From an uncultured Acidimicrobiales bacterium (lineage in GTDB: Bacteria; Actinomycetota; Acidimicrobiia; Acidimicrobiales; SHLQ01), in assembly GCA_964445255.1 (NCBI GenBank), contig CAYUKM010000001.1, positions 1 through 49,885 of the forward strand: a stretch of 49,885 nucleotides of DNA, written 5' to 3'. Positions within the stretch are counted from its first letter, which is position 1, and every line of letters starts with the position of its first letter. The notes beneath the pieces are model-generated. The model saw only the letters and a program-made list of their open reading frames with translations. It did not search any database and was not told the DNA's origin. The position numbers and the translations under genes were made by a program. Below are positions 38,238-46,985 of this stretch, in pieces.

Positions 38238-40058
38238 CTAGGCGTTGACGTCCTCGTCGTCGACGATCTCGGCATCGATGACGTCGTCGTCGCCTTCGAC
38301 AGCTCCGTCGCCCGAGTCTGAGCTTGCAGCGTTGTCGTAGAGGTACTGGGTGTACTTCTCCGCAGCCGAGCGCACATCTTCGGCGGCCGACTTCATCGCT
38401 TCGAGATCTTCAGCCTCAGTAGCGGCGGCCAGCTGATCGACTGCAGCCTGCAGGGTCGAACGCTCTGCCGACGAGTCGTCGGCATCATTTAGCTGCCGGC
38501 GAGCCTGATACAGCGTGCTGTCAGCCTCGTTACGAGTCTCAGCGTCGGCTCGGCGACGCTTATCATCCTCGGCGTGGGCTGCGGCATCGTTAACCATGCG
38601 CTCGATGTCGTCTTCTGACAGCGATGACTGACCGGTGATCGTGATCGACTGCTCCTTGCCAGTGCCCTTGTCGGTGGCAGAGACGTGCACGATGCCGTTG
38701 GCATCGATGTCGAAGCTGACCTCGATCTGAGGCATACCGCGAGGAGCAGGTGGCAGATCAACCAGCTGGAACTTGCCCAGCGTCTTGTTGTGCTGCGCCA
38801 TTTCGCGCTCGCCCTGAAGTACATGGACGTCGACCGAAGGCTGGTTGTCTTCAGCGGTGCTGAAGAGCTCCGAACGCTTGGTCGGGATCGTGGTGTTGCG
38901 CTCGATGAGCGTTGTCATGACACCGCCCATGGTCTCGATGCCGAGTGACAGAGGCGTGACATCTAGCAGAATGACGTCGTTCACATCGCCTCGCAGGACT
39001 CCAGCCTGAACAGCAGCACCCATGGCAACGACCTCGTCGGGGTTGACGCCCTTGTGAGGCTCTTCTCCCGACAGGGACTCGACCAGCTCGGAAATGGCGG
39101 GCATACGGGTAGAACCACCGACCAGAATGACATGGTCGAGGTCACCCTTTTCGACCTTGGCATCTGCGAGGGCCTGCTCGAAGGGATCCTTCAACTTGGC
39201 GACCAAGTCGGCCGTCAGGTCCTCGAACTTCGAACGCGTGAGCTCGAGATCGAGGTGCTTAGGGCCTGCATCGGTAGCGGTGATGAAGGGAAGATTGATC
39301 CGCGTCGTCTGTACCTGTGATAGCTCGATCTTGGCTGCTTCAGCGGCTTCCTTCAGCCGCTGCATGACCATGGCATCGCCCGACAGGTCGACTCCCTCGG
39401 TGTCCTTGAACGACTTGACGATCCAGTCGATAATCGCCTGGTCCCAGTCGTCGCCGCCCAAATGGGTATCGCCGTGGGTCGAGAGCACCTCGAACACGCC
39501 GTCGCCCATCGACAGAACCGAAACGTCGAATGTGCCGCCACCGAGGTCGAAGACCAGGATGGTCTGATCGCTATCGTCCTCACTGGCAATGCCATAGGCA
39601 AGGGCAGCAGAGGTGGGCTCGTTGATAATTCGCAGAACCTCAAGACCAGCAATGGCGCCGGCCTCCTTGGTAGCGGTTCGCTGGGCATCGTCGAAATAGG
39701 CAGGAACGGTAATGACCGCCTGAGTCACATCTTCTCCGAGGAATCCTTCAGCGTCTCGCTTCAGCTTCTGCAGAATTCGAGCCGAGATCTCCTGGGCGGT
39801 GTAGTCGGTACCGTCGATTCCCAGAGTCCAATCGGTACCCGCGTGGCGCTTGACCGAGCGAATAGTGCGCTCAGGGTTGGTGATTGCCTGTCGCTTGGCC
39901 ACCTCGCCCACAAGAACCTCGCCATCACGAGCGAACGCGACCACCGATGGAGTGGTGCGAACGCCTTCGGCGTTGGCGATTACCTCGGGCTCTCCGCCCG
40001 TGATCGTGGCGACAATAGAATTTGTCGTGCCGAGGTCGATTCCTACTGCTTTACTCAT
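38238..40058 (-). CDS. dnaK: Molecular chaperone DnaK (Hsp70)
   Basis: [14 protein letters not shown]..., [10 protein letters not shown], acidic C-terminus. ATG 40058 is preceded by GGAGA. The longer track ORF is an upstream extension. Confidence 0.93.
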   Translation of the reverse strand: MSKAVGIDLGTTNSIVATITGGEPEVIANAEGVRTTPSVVAFARDGEVLVGEVAKRQAITNPERTIRSVKRHAGTDWTLGIDGTDYTAQEISARILQKLKRDAEGFLGEDVTQAVITVPAYFDDAQRTATKEAGAIAGLEVLRIINEPTSAALAYGIASEDDSDQTILVFDLGGGTFDVSVLSMGDGVFEVLSTHGDTHLGGDDWDQAIIDWIVKSFKDTEGVDLSGDAMVMQRLKEAAEAAKIELSQVQTTRINLPFITATDAGPKHLDLELTRSKFEDLTADLVAKLKDPFEQALADAKVEKGDLDHVILVGGSTRMPAISELVESLSGEEPHKGVNPDEVVAMGAAVQAGVLRGDVNDVILLDVTPLSLGIETMGGVMTTLIERNTTIPTKRSELFSTAEDNQPSVDVHVLQGEREMAQHNKTLGKFQLVDLPPAPRGMPQIEVSFDIDANGIVHVSATDKGTGKEQSITITGQSSLSEDDIERMVNDAAAHAEDDKRRRADAETRNEADSTLYQARRQLNDADDSSAERSTLQAAVDQLAAATEAEDLEAMKSAAEDVRSAAEKYTQYLYDNAASSDSGDGAVEGDDDVIDAEIVDDEDVNA

Positions 40059-40114
40059 ATCAGTTCTCCAGTCTCGTTGTTTTTCTTCATTGTTGATTTG
40101 TTGTCGAGGGGTAT

Positions 40115-40140
40115 AACGCAGACAGGCGAATCTGATTCCC
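40115..40140 (-). promoter_or_regulatory. SigH/SigR-class promoter GGGAAT-N17-GTT upstream of dnaK
   Basis: Minus strand reads GGGAAT cagattcgcctgtctgc GTTA, with the same spacing and the same cGTT as the hsp20 promoter. It lies about 57 nt upstream of the ATG. Confidence 0.45.
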
Positions 40141-40154
40141 ATATTGGCAACAAA

Positions 40155-40175
40155 CTTGAGCGGACTCATATCAAC
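40155..40175. promoter_or_regulatory. Degenerate HAIR-like repeat CTTGAGC-N7-TATCAAC
   Basis: 10 of 14 matches to CTTGAGT-N7-ACTCAAG, just upstream of the -35 element. Confidence 0.25.
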
Positions 40176-40318
40176 TTCGCCAACAGGGGTACACAGATCC
40201 CACAAAACGGCTCACGCGTAACGCCCAATAGAGTCAAAACACTTCCGCCAAAATCCGCGAAGAACCCGATAGGACGTGCACGGATCCCCCCACGCCAACT
40301 AGGTAGAGTCAGGGACTT

Positions 40319-41056
40319 ATGAACGCGATTTCAAAAGTCCACGCCCACCTCGCTGCAACGAGAATCAACCTTCACCGGCTCGCCGCCTACGTGATTGCGC
40401 CCGCCCGATATCGATTGACCGAACGCTTCGGTTTACGAGCAACCGAGGGCGGATTCGGTACCCCGCCCTTCGGAGAGCAACGTCGCATTCGAGTTGCCGG
40501 TCTGGATCTGATCGATGAACTTGCGGGCGAACAACGCATTGCACCAATCACGACCTTGAACGCAGCCGCTGAGTTCCTCGGCGAACCGGTCGATACCGAA
40601 ACGGCTGCCGAGCATGACTCCCCCGCGGCCGGCGACCTCGATGAAGACCTCGGCATTGACCTTGAGTCCTCCAATTACCTGGGTCGTTGGTTCAATATGG
40701 CCTTCGATGCACTCAACGCCGTTCGCGAAGATGACGCGTCGGTCGATGCCTCTGAGGCTCAGCTTTGGCCAGGCCACTTCGATCCCGCGATCGAGATGGG
40801 TGACGAAAACCATCGCGGCAGTTACGGCGCCTCACCGGGCGACGACGCCATTGCTGAGCCTTACCTGTACCTGAGCATCTGGTGGCCTGATCGTCTGTCG
40901 CTCGACACCGACGACCCATTCTGGAACGCTACGGCATTCACCGGGGCGGTCTTGAAAGTGTCAGATTTTCCTGCCGATGCTGACCCGGTTGAGGTTGCAG
41001 CGAAGTTTTGGCGAGATGCCCGAGACATGCTGGAGAACGCGGAATCGAGCTCGTGA
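40319..41056 (+). CDS. Hypothetical protein (245 aa)
   Basis: Coding-like ORF. Its stop overlaps the start of the aldo/keto reductase gene (GTGATGA). Confidence 0.5.
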   Translation: MNAISKVHAHLAATRINLHRLAAYVIAPARYRLTERFGLRATEGGFGTPPFGEQRRIRVAGLDLIDELAGEQRIAPITTLNAAAEFLGEPVDTETAAEHDSPAAGDLDEDLGIDLESSNYLGRWFNMAFDALNAVREDDASVDASEAQLWPGHFDPAIEMGDENHRGSYGASPGDDAIAEPYLYLSIWWPDRLSLDTDDPFWNATAFTGAVLKVSDFPADADPVEVAAKFWRDARDMLENAESSS

Positions 41057-42012
41057 TGAGTGTGAAACTTGCCCAGTTCCGACGCGACAGCGAGTCACAG
41101 GCCGTACTCGGCCTGGGCACCGCTGCCTTGGGAAGACCGGGATACATAACCACCGACCACGGCATCGACCTTCTCGGCCATACCGACGTCGAATCGATGA
41201 CGGCCAACGCCTTGTCGGTCTTTGACTTCGCGTACGAGCACGGCGTCAGGTATTTCGACGCAGCGCGTTCCTATGGCAAGGCCGAGGAATTCCTTTCAAC
41301 GTGGCTTCAAACACGCTCCCCGAGCGACGTGTTCGTTGCGTCGAAGTGGGGATATGAGTACGTCGCAGACTGGCAAATCGACGTCGATACTCACGAGGTC
41401 AAAGATCACAGCCTCGAGATGTTCCGACGCCAGCTCGTCGAATCCAAAGCGCTACTCGGCGAAAACCTCGACCTCTACCAGATTCACTCGTTAACGCCCC
41501 AGAGCCCAGCGCTCGCTGACTCCCAGCTGCTCGATGAACTGGGCGAGCTCAAGGCGAGCGGTGTCGCGATCGGATTGTCGACGAGCGGCCCACAGCAGCC
41601 CGAAGTGCTCGATGCCGTGGGTGCAATCACCGTCGGCGGAAGCCCCTTGTTCGATTCGGTTCAGGTCACGTGGAATCCCCTCGAACCTTCGGCGACCGAA
41701 AGCCTGCTGAAACTGAAGGATCAGGGTGTGTTTGTCGTGATCAAGGAGGCATTGGCGAACGGACGACTCACATCGTCGGGAGATCAGCCCGCTACGTCAC
41801 CCGACGTCGATGCAACACCGGACGCTTTGGCGCTCAGCGTCGCTATGAACCAGTCTCCAGCCGACGTCGTACTCAGCGGCGCATTAAACATCGCGCAGCT
41901 CGAGTCCAATCTGTCCGCACTGGTCCTACCAGCCAATAGCGGAACGGTTGCACCTTCGGCTCTCACACCAGCGCAGTATTGGGCCGACCGATCCGCCCTG
42001 CCCTGGACCTAG
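41056..42012 (+). CDS. Aldo/keto reductase
   Basis: LGLGTAALG, FDAARSYGKAEE and LDLYQIHS motifs. Confidence 0.8.
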   Translation: MSVKLAQFRRDSESQAVLGLGTAALGRPGYITTDHGIDLLGHTDVESMTANALSVFDFAYEHGVRYFDAARSYGKAEEFLSTWLQTRSPSDVFVASKWGYEYVADWQIDVDTHEVKDHSLEMFRRQLVESKALLGENLDLYQIHSLTPQSPALADSQLLDELGELKASGVAIGLSTSGPQQPEVLDAVGAITVGGSPLFDSVQVTWNPLEPSATESLLKLKDQGVFVVIKEALANGRLTSSGDQPATSPDVDATPDALALSVAMNQSPADVVLSGALNIAQLESNLSALVLPANSGTVAPSALTPAQYWADRSALPWT

Positions 42013-42029
42013 TCGCGGTGACTTTGCCC

Positions 42030-42647
42030 TTAGGCGAGCCGGTCGGAGATCCGTGTGGGCAGCTGGCGATCGACGATTAGCGTTCGCAACTCACCGAGGT
42101 CGAGGTAGAGCCCGTCGGGGCTTTCCTTTCCCATGAGCTCGAGCAGCTTGGGAAATTCGGCATCCATCAGCGCTCGGTCGATGGGGCGGCGAGTGGCTTG
42201 CGCCCGTTCGAAGTTGGCGTCCAACATCTTTTTAATGCCCTCTGCTCCGAGACCCCGAACCGTTTCGCCGGTCTGGGCGGAACGGAAATCCGCGGCGAAC
42301 GCATCGAAGCGAGCGATTTCTGCGAGGTCGACCTGGCCGCGGTTATCGAGAACTCGGGACCCCGACCCATGTTTGTCGAACGGTCCGTCTCGAAGTTCGT
42401 TAGCGACGAAGCCGTGCAACTTGGTGTTCAACATCTGTTTGGGCGACAGCCCGTTGGCGGTCAGTGCGATTGGGTAGACCTCGGCGGCGAGCACGGCCTG
42501 ATTCACCGAGTCCCCAAAGGCTCTGGCGACGGTCTCGCTGACCTGGCCAACGGGTTCTGCTTCGGGATCTATCGCACCAAGTTCAGCGAGAGCACGAAGG
42601 AACAAGCACGGATTTCCCACTGACCGGTCAAACTTTGGTGAAGACAT
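42030..42647 (-). CDS. Hypothetical protein (205 aa)
   Basis: Coding-like ORF. No motif recognised. Confidence 0.4.
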   Translation of the reverse strand: MSSPKFDRSVGNPCLFLRALAELGAIDPEAEPVGQVSETVARAFGDSVNQAVLAAEVYPIALTANGLSPKQMLNTKLHGFVANELRDGPFDKHGSGSRVLDNRGQVDLAEIARFDAFAADFRSAQTGETVRGLGAEGIKKMLDANFERAQATRRPIDRALMDAEFPKLLELMGKESPDGLYLDLGELRTLIVDRQLPTRISDRLA

Positions 42648-42757
42648 GGCCGACTCATCTCGGTTGGATTCGGGAATTTCTGTAACGATTGGCGCACTTG
42701 CTTGTCTACACCATTAACACAATCAATATCACCACCACCGCTATGAAAGGACTACCC

Positions 42758-43273
42758 ATGGCAACTGGAATAGCCGGGCAGATCGCCCCAGAATTTCGAT
42801 TCGACAATTGGCTCGCCAACACCGACGGCGACCTCAAGATTGCCGACATTGAAGAGCCCATCATTTACCTCTACAACTTTCAGAGCTGGTGTCCTGGCTG
42901 TCACAGCCATGGCTTCCCAACGATGAAGGCCGTCCGTGAGGGCCTCGCTGAGCGAGGACTCGCCGACAAGGTGAAGTTCATCGCTGTACAGACCGTCTTT
43001 GAGGGCCACGAGCAGAACAGTGCTGAAGCGGCGAGCGAGTCCCTGGCACGCCACGGCCTCGACGACATTGCGCTCGGCCACGATTCGGGGCACCCTCCCA
43101 CAATCATGGCTGACTACCGCACTGGCGGAACACCGTGGGCCGTACTCATCGGCCCCGACCGACGAGTGCTCGCCAACGGGTTCCAGATCGACGCCGACGC
43201 AGCTATCGAAGGCATCACTGGACTACTCAACGAGCTGAGCGCTGTTGAGGCCGAAACCGTTGCCAGCGAGTAA
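42758..43273 (+). CDS. Thioredoxin-fold redoxin (TlpA/peroxiredoxin-like), WCPGC motif
   Basis: YLYNFQSWCPGCHSHGFP. ATG 42758 is preceded by AAAGGA. The track start TTG 42689 is less likely. Confidence 0.7.
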   Translation: MATGIAGQIAPEFRFDNWLANTDGDLKIADIEEPIIYLYNFQSWCPGCHSHGFPTMKAVREGLAERGLADKVKFIAVQTVFEGHEQNSAEAASESLARHGLDDIALGHDSGHPPTIMADYRTGGTPWAVLIGPDRRVLANGFQIDADAAIEGITGLLNELSAVEAETVASE

Positions 43274-43295
43274 TTGGCTCAGCCCTTTGACGGCG

Positions 43296-43322
43296 CCGGC
43301 CCGGAACACGTTTCTGGGCCGG
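43296..43322 (+). terminator. 11-bp GC-rich hairpin after the redoxin gene (no U-tail)
   Basis: CCGGCCCGGAA [cacgt] TTCTGGGCCGG, starting 23 nt after the stop. Confidence 0.35.
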
Positions 43323-43374
43323 TGCTCGCAACCCGAATACCCAAAAGACAAGCAATAACGGTTAAGTTCATTCC

Positions 43375-44202
43375 ATGTCCTTAGTTAGTTGTGAAGACGT
43401 AGTTTCCGCCGCCTCGGACTTTATCGATGATGTGCTCGATCCGGTAGAACGCAGCTACCTTGACGCTCACCTCGCGGGTTGCGGCAACTGCCCTACGCAC
43501 CTCGGTCAGCTGCGCACCACCGTTGATCTGATCTCCAGCCGACCTGGCGTCACGGTGCCCGAGGAGCTTCGCCAAGCGGTCGAAGAGAGCTTCGCTGGTC
43601 ACGCGGACGCAGATGCGGCTTCCGCTGCGTACTCTGAGCACGCGCAGCACCTCCAATCGATAGCGTCGGCGATCGCCCCTAACAGGGCCGAGGACATTGT
43701 CGAGGCGACCTTTACTCGCGCCCTTGAGGAAGGGTCGGGCTTTGACCTCGACAGCCTCACTCAAATCCTGCTCGACATCGCCAACACTCCGGAACCTGGG
43801 GCTGGTCGAGTGGAATCGGTCTATGACCACCGCGGCAGCGTAGACGCCAGGGTCCGCAGTCTTGATGCCGATGGCGATGCAGCCGAGCTCTACTATCCGG
43901 CTTTCTATTCGGAGGGAATCGATGCCGGAGGATTCCTCGAGTCACCAAATGCCTGGGGCGATTCCCACCTGCTCAGCCCAGAGGCCGACGTAGAAACCGA
44001 TGAGCTCTATGGGGTTGTTGAAGGCGCTCTACAGGACCTCACCACCTTTGATGCCGCGGTCGTCGCGCTGGTCGATATCGAAGGAGCGAGTCGTGAAGTT
44101 GCCGCCGAGCAGCTGGACCGGAGCGCGGAGGACATAAGCGCCGCGCTACGTCGCGGGCGCAACCACGTTCGCGGCGCACTCGACGTCTACATCAACGCCT
44201 AA
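43375..44202 (+). CDS. N-terminal ZAS (HxxxCxxC) anti-sigma-type domain fused to an ECF-sigma-like protein
   Basis: Residues 1-55 read SCEDVV...YLDAHLAGCGNCPTHL. Then a sigma2-like AEDIVEATFTRALEE...LLDIAN, an acidic linker, and a sigma4-like AVVALVDIEGASREVAAEQLDRSAEDISAALRRGRNHVRGAL. Confidence 0.55.
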   Translation: MSLVSCEDVVSAASDFIDDVLDPVERSYLDAHLAGCGNCPTHLGQLRTTVDLISSRPGVTVPEELRQAVEESFAGHADADAASAAYSEHAQHLQSIASAIAPNRAEDIVEATFTRALEEGSGFDLDSLTQILLDIANTPEPGAGRVESVYDHRGSVDARVRSLDADGDAAELYYPAFYSEGIDAGGFLESPNAWGDSHLLSPEADVETDELYGVVEGALQDLTTFDAAVVALVDIEGASREVAAEQLDRSAEDISAALRRGRNHVRGALDVYINA

Positions 44203-44296
44203 GAGACGAGACGCACGTACTGGTCGAGGCAAGGCCGACACGCTGATCGCCTTGGCCGTTGGAATAGCCAGCCTGCGTGGGCGGGTCTCCTAGTTC

Positions 44297-45148
44297 ATGA
44301 TCACCACGCTCGTCGCGCCGGTTGATGTGCGCACGTTTCATGACGCGATCTATGCCGGCGAGGTAGTCAGGTTCCAAAACATCGAACCCATGGCCAAGCT
44401 CGTAGCTCGCCTTCGTGAGCTCGCTGTCGCCGCTACCGCCCCGCACGACCCGATCACCTTGCACCAGATGGTGGAGCACCCCGAGGCCATCGCTCTGCTC
44501 GACACATATCAACAAGCCGCTCTCACTGACGACGACGTTGTGCGCTTGTGGCACGCGACGCTCGCAACCATTGGGTTGCGGGCCGAAGACACCGCCGTAG
44601 ATCGCTTGCTTGCACGTGTGCAGACACCACGCACAAACGAAGAGACAATCGACCTCGTGACTGCGCCGCTCGACACGCATCGAGATACGTGGGCGTCGAA
44701 CCTGTACGAGCAGGTCAACTGGTGGGCCCCGGTCTACGACGTCGACGAATCGGCGACGATGGAGCTCTACCCCGGTTTGTTCGATTCGGCCGTCCCCAAC
44801 ACCAGCGAAGACTTCGACATCGTCGAGCTCCGCAAAGAGCCGGTCAACTCCACCAAGGTCGTACCCCGGCTAGTCGAGCCAGTGATCGACGAGTCGGCAT
44901 TCCGTGTGGTGATCGAACCTGGCGACCTCATCGCATTCTCGGGCGCGCACCTTCATCGCAGCGTCCCAAATACCTCGAACCGCACCCGCTATTCGCTGGA
45001 CACCCGCACGATTCACATCTCCGATTCACTCGATGGGCGTGGTGCGCCCAACGTCGACGGCAACGCTCCTTGGCGAACGCCCGGCTGGTTCAACCGCATT
45101 GATGGCACTCCGTTGCACGAGATCCTCGGCACAGAGGCGACCTGCTAG
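44297..45148 (+). CDS. Putative Fe(II)/2-oxoglutarate-dependent oxygenase (PhyH-like)
   Basis: HRD (HxD), a distal His in FSGAHLHRSVPN, and Arg in RYSLDTR. Motif-level call only. Confidence 0.4.
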   Translation: MITTLVAPVDVRTFHDAIYAGEVVRFQNIEPMAKLVARLRELAVAATAPHDPITLHQMVEHPEAIALLDTYQQAALTDDDVVRLWHATLATIGLRAEDTAVDRLLARVQTPRTNEETIDLVTAPLDTHRDTWASNLYEQVNWWAPVYDVDESATMELYPGLFDSAVPNTSEDFDIVELRKEPVNSTKVVPRLVEPVIDESAFRVVIEPGDLIAFSGAHLHRSVPNTSNRTRYSLDTRTIHISDSLDGRGAPNVDGNAPWRTPGWFNRIDGTPLHEILGTEATC

Positions 45149-45154
45149 GTGGCG

Positions 45155-45811
45155 CTATTGGTTTGTCAACAGTTCCGGAAAGAGCCGCTTGGTCGTCTTG
45201 ACCTTTGAACGACGAGCACGTTTGCGCTTGAGCTCGTAAAAGTCGGGGCCTGTCGCGATGGTGTGGAGGCTGTCCCAGATCTCGAGACCTCGCTCTGGGG
45301 TTGGCATGCGACGCAGTACCGGGCCGAAATACCCGACACGCTCGCCGTCGGTCGTATCAAAGATGATCAACGGCACGCCAATGTCGTCACCAGCGATCTC
45401 GATGGCGTCCTCAAGGTGCTGTTGCAACGCTTGATCGTGCTCGACGTTGTCCAACTCGGCAAGGTAACGAGAGGGTAGGTTCATACGCTCCAGAACTGCG
45501 GCGTAGAAGGTCTCGTCGTCGAGCTTGGGATCGATGAAATACGCCTTGCCAAATTGGGTGAAGAGCTCTCCCCGATCGATCCCTTCAGCGTGATGTATTG
45601 CTTCCACGATCCGAAGCACCCTGTGCGCGATCGTGTGGGTGTCGAGGTGCCCGGTAACGTCTTGGCCACCAAGCTCACCATTCTTCAACGCAAGGCTGAA
45701 CGGTAACCAGTCGATATCTATCTCTCGCTCCTGTTGCACTTCGGTAAGCCATCGGCTTGTGATCCAGCACCATGGGCAACTCGGGTCGTAGTAGAAGGAA
45801 ATGCGTGTCAT
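45155..45811 (-). CDS. DsbA-family oxidoreductase, Rv2466c-like (mycothiol-dependent reductase type), Cys form CPWC
   Basis: ISFYYDPSCPWCWITSRW, YFGPVLRRMP and PDFYELKRKR closely recall the mycobacterial Rv2466c family. Confidence 0.75.
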   Translation of the reverse strand: MTRISFYYDPSCPWCWITSRWLTEVQQEREIDIDWLPFSLALKNGELGGQDVTGHLDTHTIAHRVLRIVEAIHHAEGIDRGELFTQFGKAYFIDPKLDDETFYAAVLERMNLPSRYLAELDNVEHDQALQQHLEDAIEIAGDDIGVPLIIFDTTDGERVGYFGPVLRRMPTPERGLEIWDSLHTIATGPDFYELKRKRARRSKVKTTKRLFPELLTNQ

Positions 45812-45868
45812 ATCGTCTGTAAATCTATTGCCTGTCGGCCTCGATGCGATCTCAACTTGTAGCGCATG

Positions 45869-45909
45869 TCAGTTGATCTAGTGATCGGTGTTGGTAAGGA
45901 ATCTAGTGA
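45869..45909 (-). promoter_or_regulatory. Conserved ~40-nt element, copy B (TCAGTTGATCTAGTGA plus ATCTAGTGA 25 nt away)
   Basis: Near-identical to 33212..33252. It begins 57 nt upstream of the Rv2466c-like start and overlaps the stop codon (45903..45905) of the AhpD-like gene. Confidence 0.5.
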
Positions 45910-46901
45910 CGGCCGGTGAAGGCAGGAATCCCCAGTTCGGTCGTGATAGCACCCATACTGACCGGGACCGGTACACCGGTGGCGTCAAGAATACGGTTCA
46001 TCATCTCGAAGTTGCCAATGACCAATGCAGCGCGTGCGGCACCGTCAACACCAGCGACGTCTTGGAGCTCTTGACGGGTCCTGGCAATGGCATCAGCATT
46101 GCCCTCATAGATTGCATCAGCAAAGGCGAGGAGCTGGCTTCCCGTAGGCAGGTTCGGGTCGAGCTGGCTATCGCCGACCGCCTTGAGGTTGAGGTTTGCG
46201 TTGTTCATGTGGGCGCTCGCACGGAGCATTCCTGAATGAGCAAACAGTCAAAAATAGCAATCGTTGAGTAGCGACGTTCGCGCAGCCAACAGTTCCATTT
46301 GGGTGCGGTCGAGCCCTTTGTTGATCCCGTAGCTACCCATCTCGGCGTAGCTCAGGTACAGAGCCCCATGGAGTTGCTCTTGCGCTAGATCTTCAGCTGG
46401 CACAGCAGACAGCGCTGAAGTCGCGCCGGCACCGCCAACCATCGGCACCCACGCCGAGCGCCGCTTTGCGCCGGGTACGACCGTGTTGTGTGCCTCGCCT
46501 GGGATCGCGTCAGGGTAGGGTTCGAGACGGTTGCCGAGCCCAACGGTCGCGGTGTCGATTGCTGTCGTTCGAGAAATGACGCCGACGAGCTCAACATAGT
46601 GCAGCGGGCTGAGTCCATCGGCGACGAAACCTTCAACCATGACCTTGGTGATACTGCCAGCGTCGGTGGCAACAAGCACTGCCGCACGGCGATCGACGTC
46701 GTTCAGCGAGCTCGCTTCGGGTTCGGGGAGGTCTCGCCGGGCAGCCCTGCCGACGTGGGCAATATCGATGCGTTGTTGACCCGTCCACCATGCGCCCGGC
46801 TCGGCCAGTTGTTCCCACTGCTGGGTTAAGACAGCCCGGGTGCGTTCGGGTATAGGCAAGCTTTGCGGTGTAGAGGGTGCGAAGGGTTGAACGTCAGTCA
46901 T
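45903..46901 (-). CDS. AhpD/carboxymuconolactone-decarboxylase-like protein with in-frame TGA at 46250..46248 (candidate selenocysteine, E-x11-C-x2-U-x3-H)
   Basis: Track ORFs 46248..46901 and 45903..46229 are in the same frame, separated only by TGA plus 6 codons. The joined sequence reads ...MELLAARTSLLNDCYF-TGA-LFAHSGMLRAS.... A hairpin lies downstream. Confidence 0.7.
46212..46232 (-). promoter_or_regulatory. Candidate bacterial SECIS hairpin downstream of TGA 46250..46248
   Basis: mRNA GG-(AA bulge)-UGCUC-[CGUGC]-GAGCG-CC, with loop GU at +29/+30 from the U of UGA. The apical CCGUGCG is the same as in the DsbA-like gene. Confidence 0.45.
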
Positions 46902-46985
46902 GACCTCTCTCCGGATCTTAGGATTATGGCCTCATTATTCCACACGTGGCTCTTTCATGAGCTTGCTGGCAATCGTCCTCGTTAG

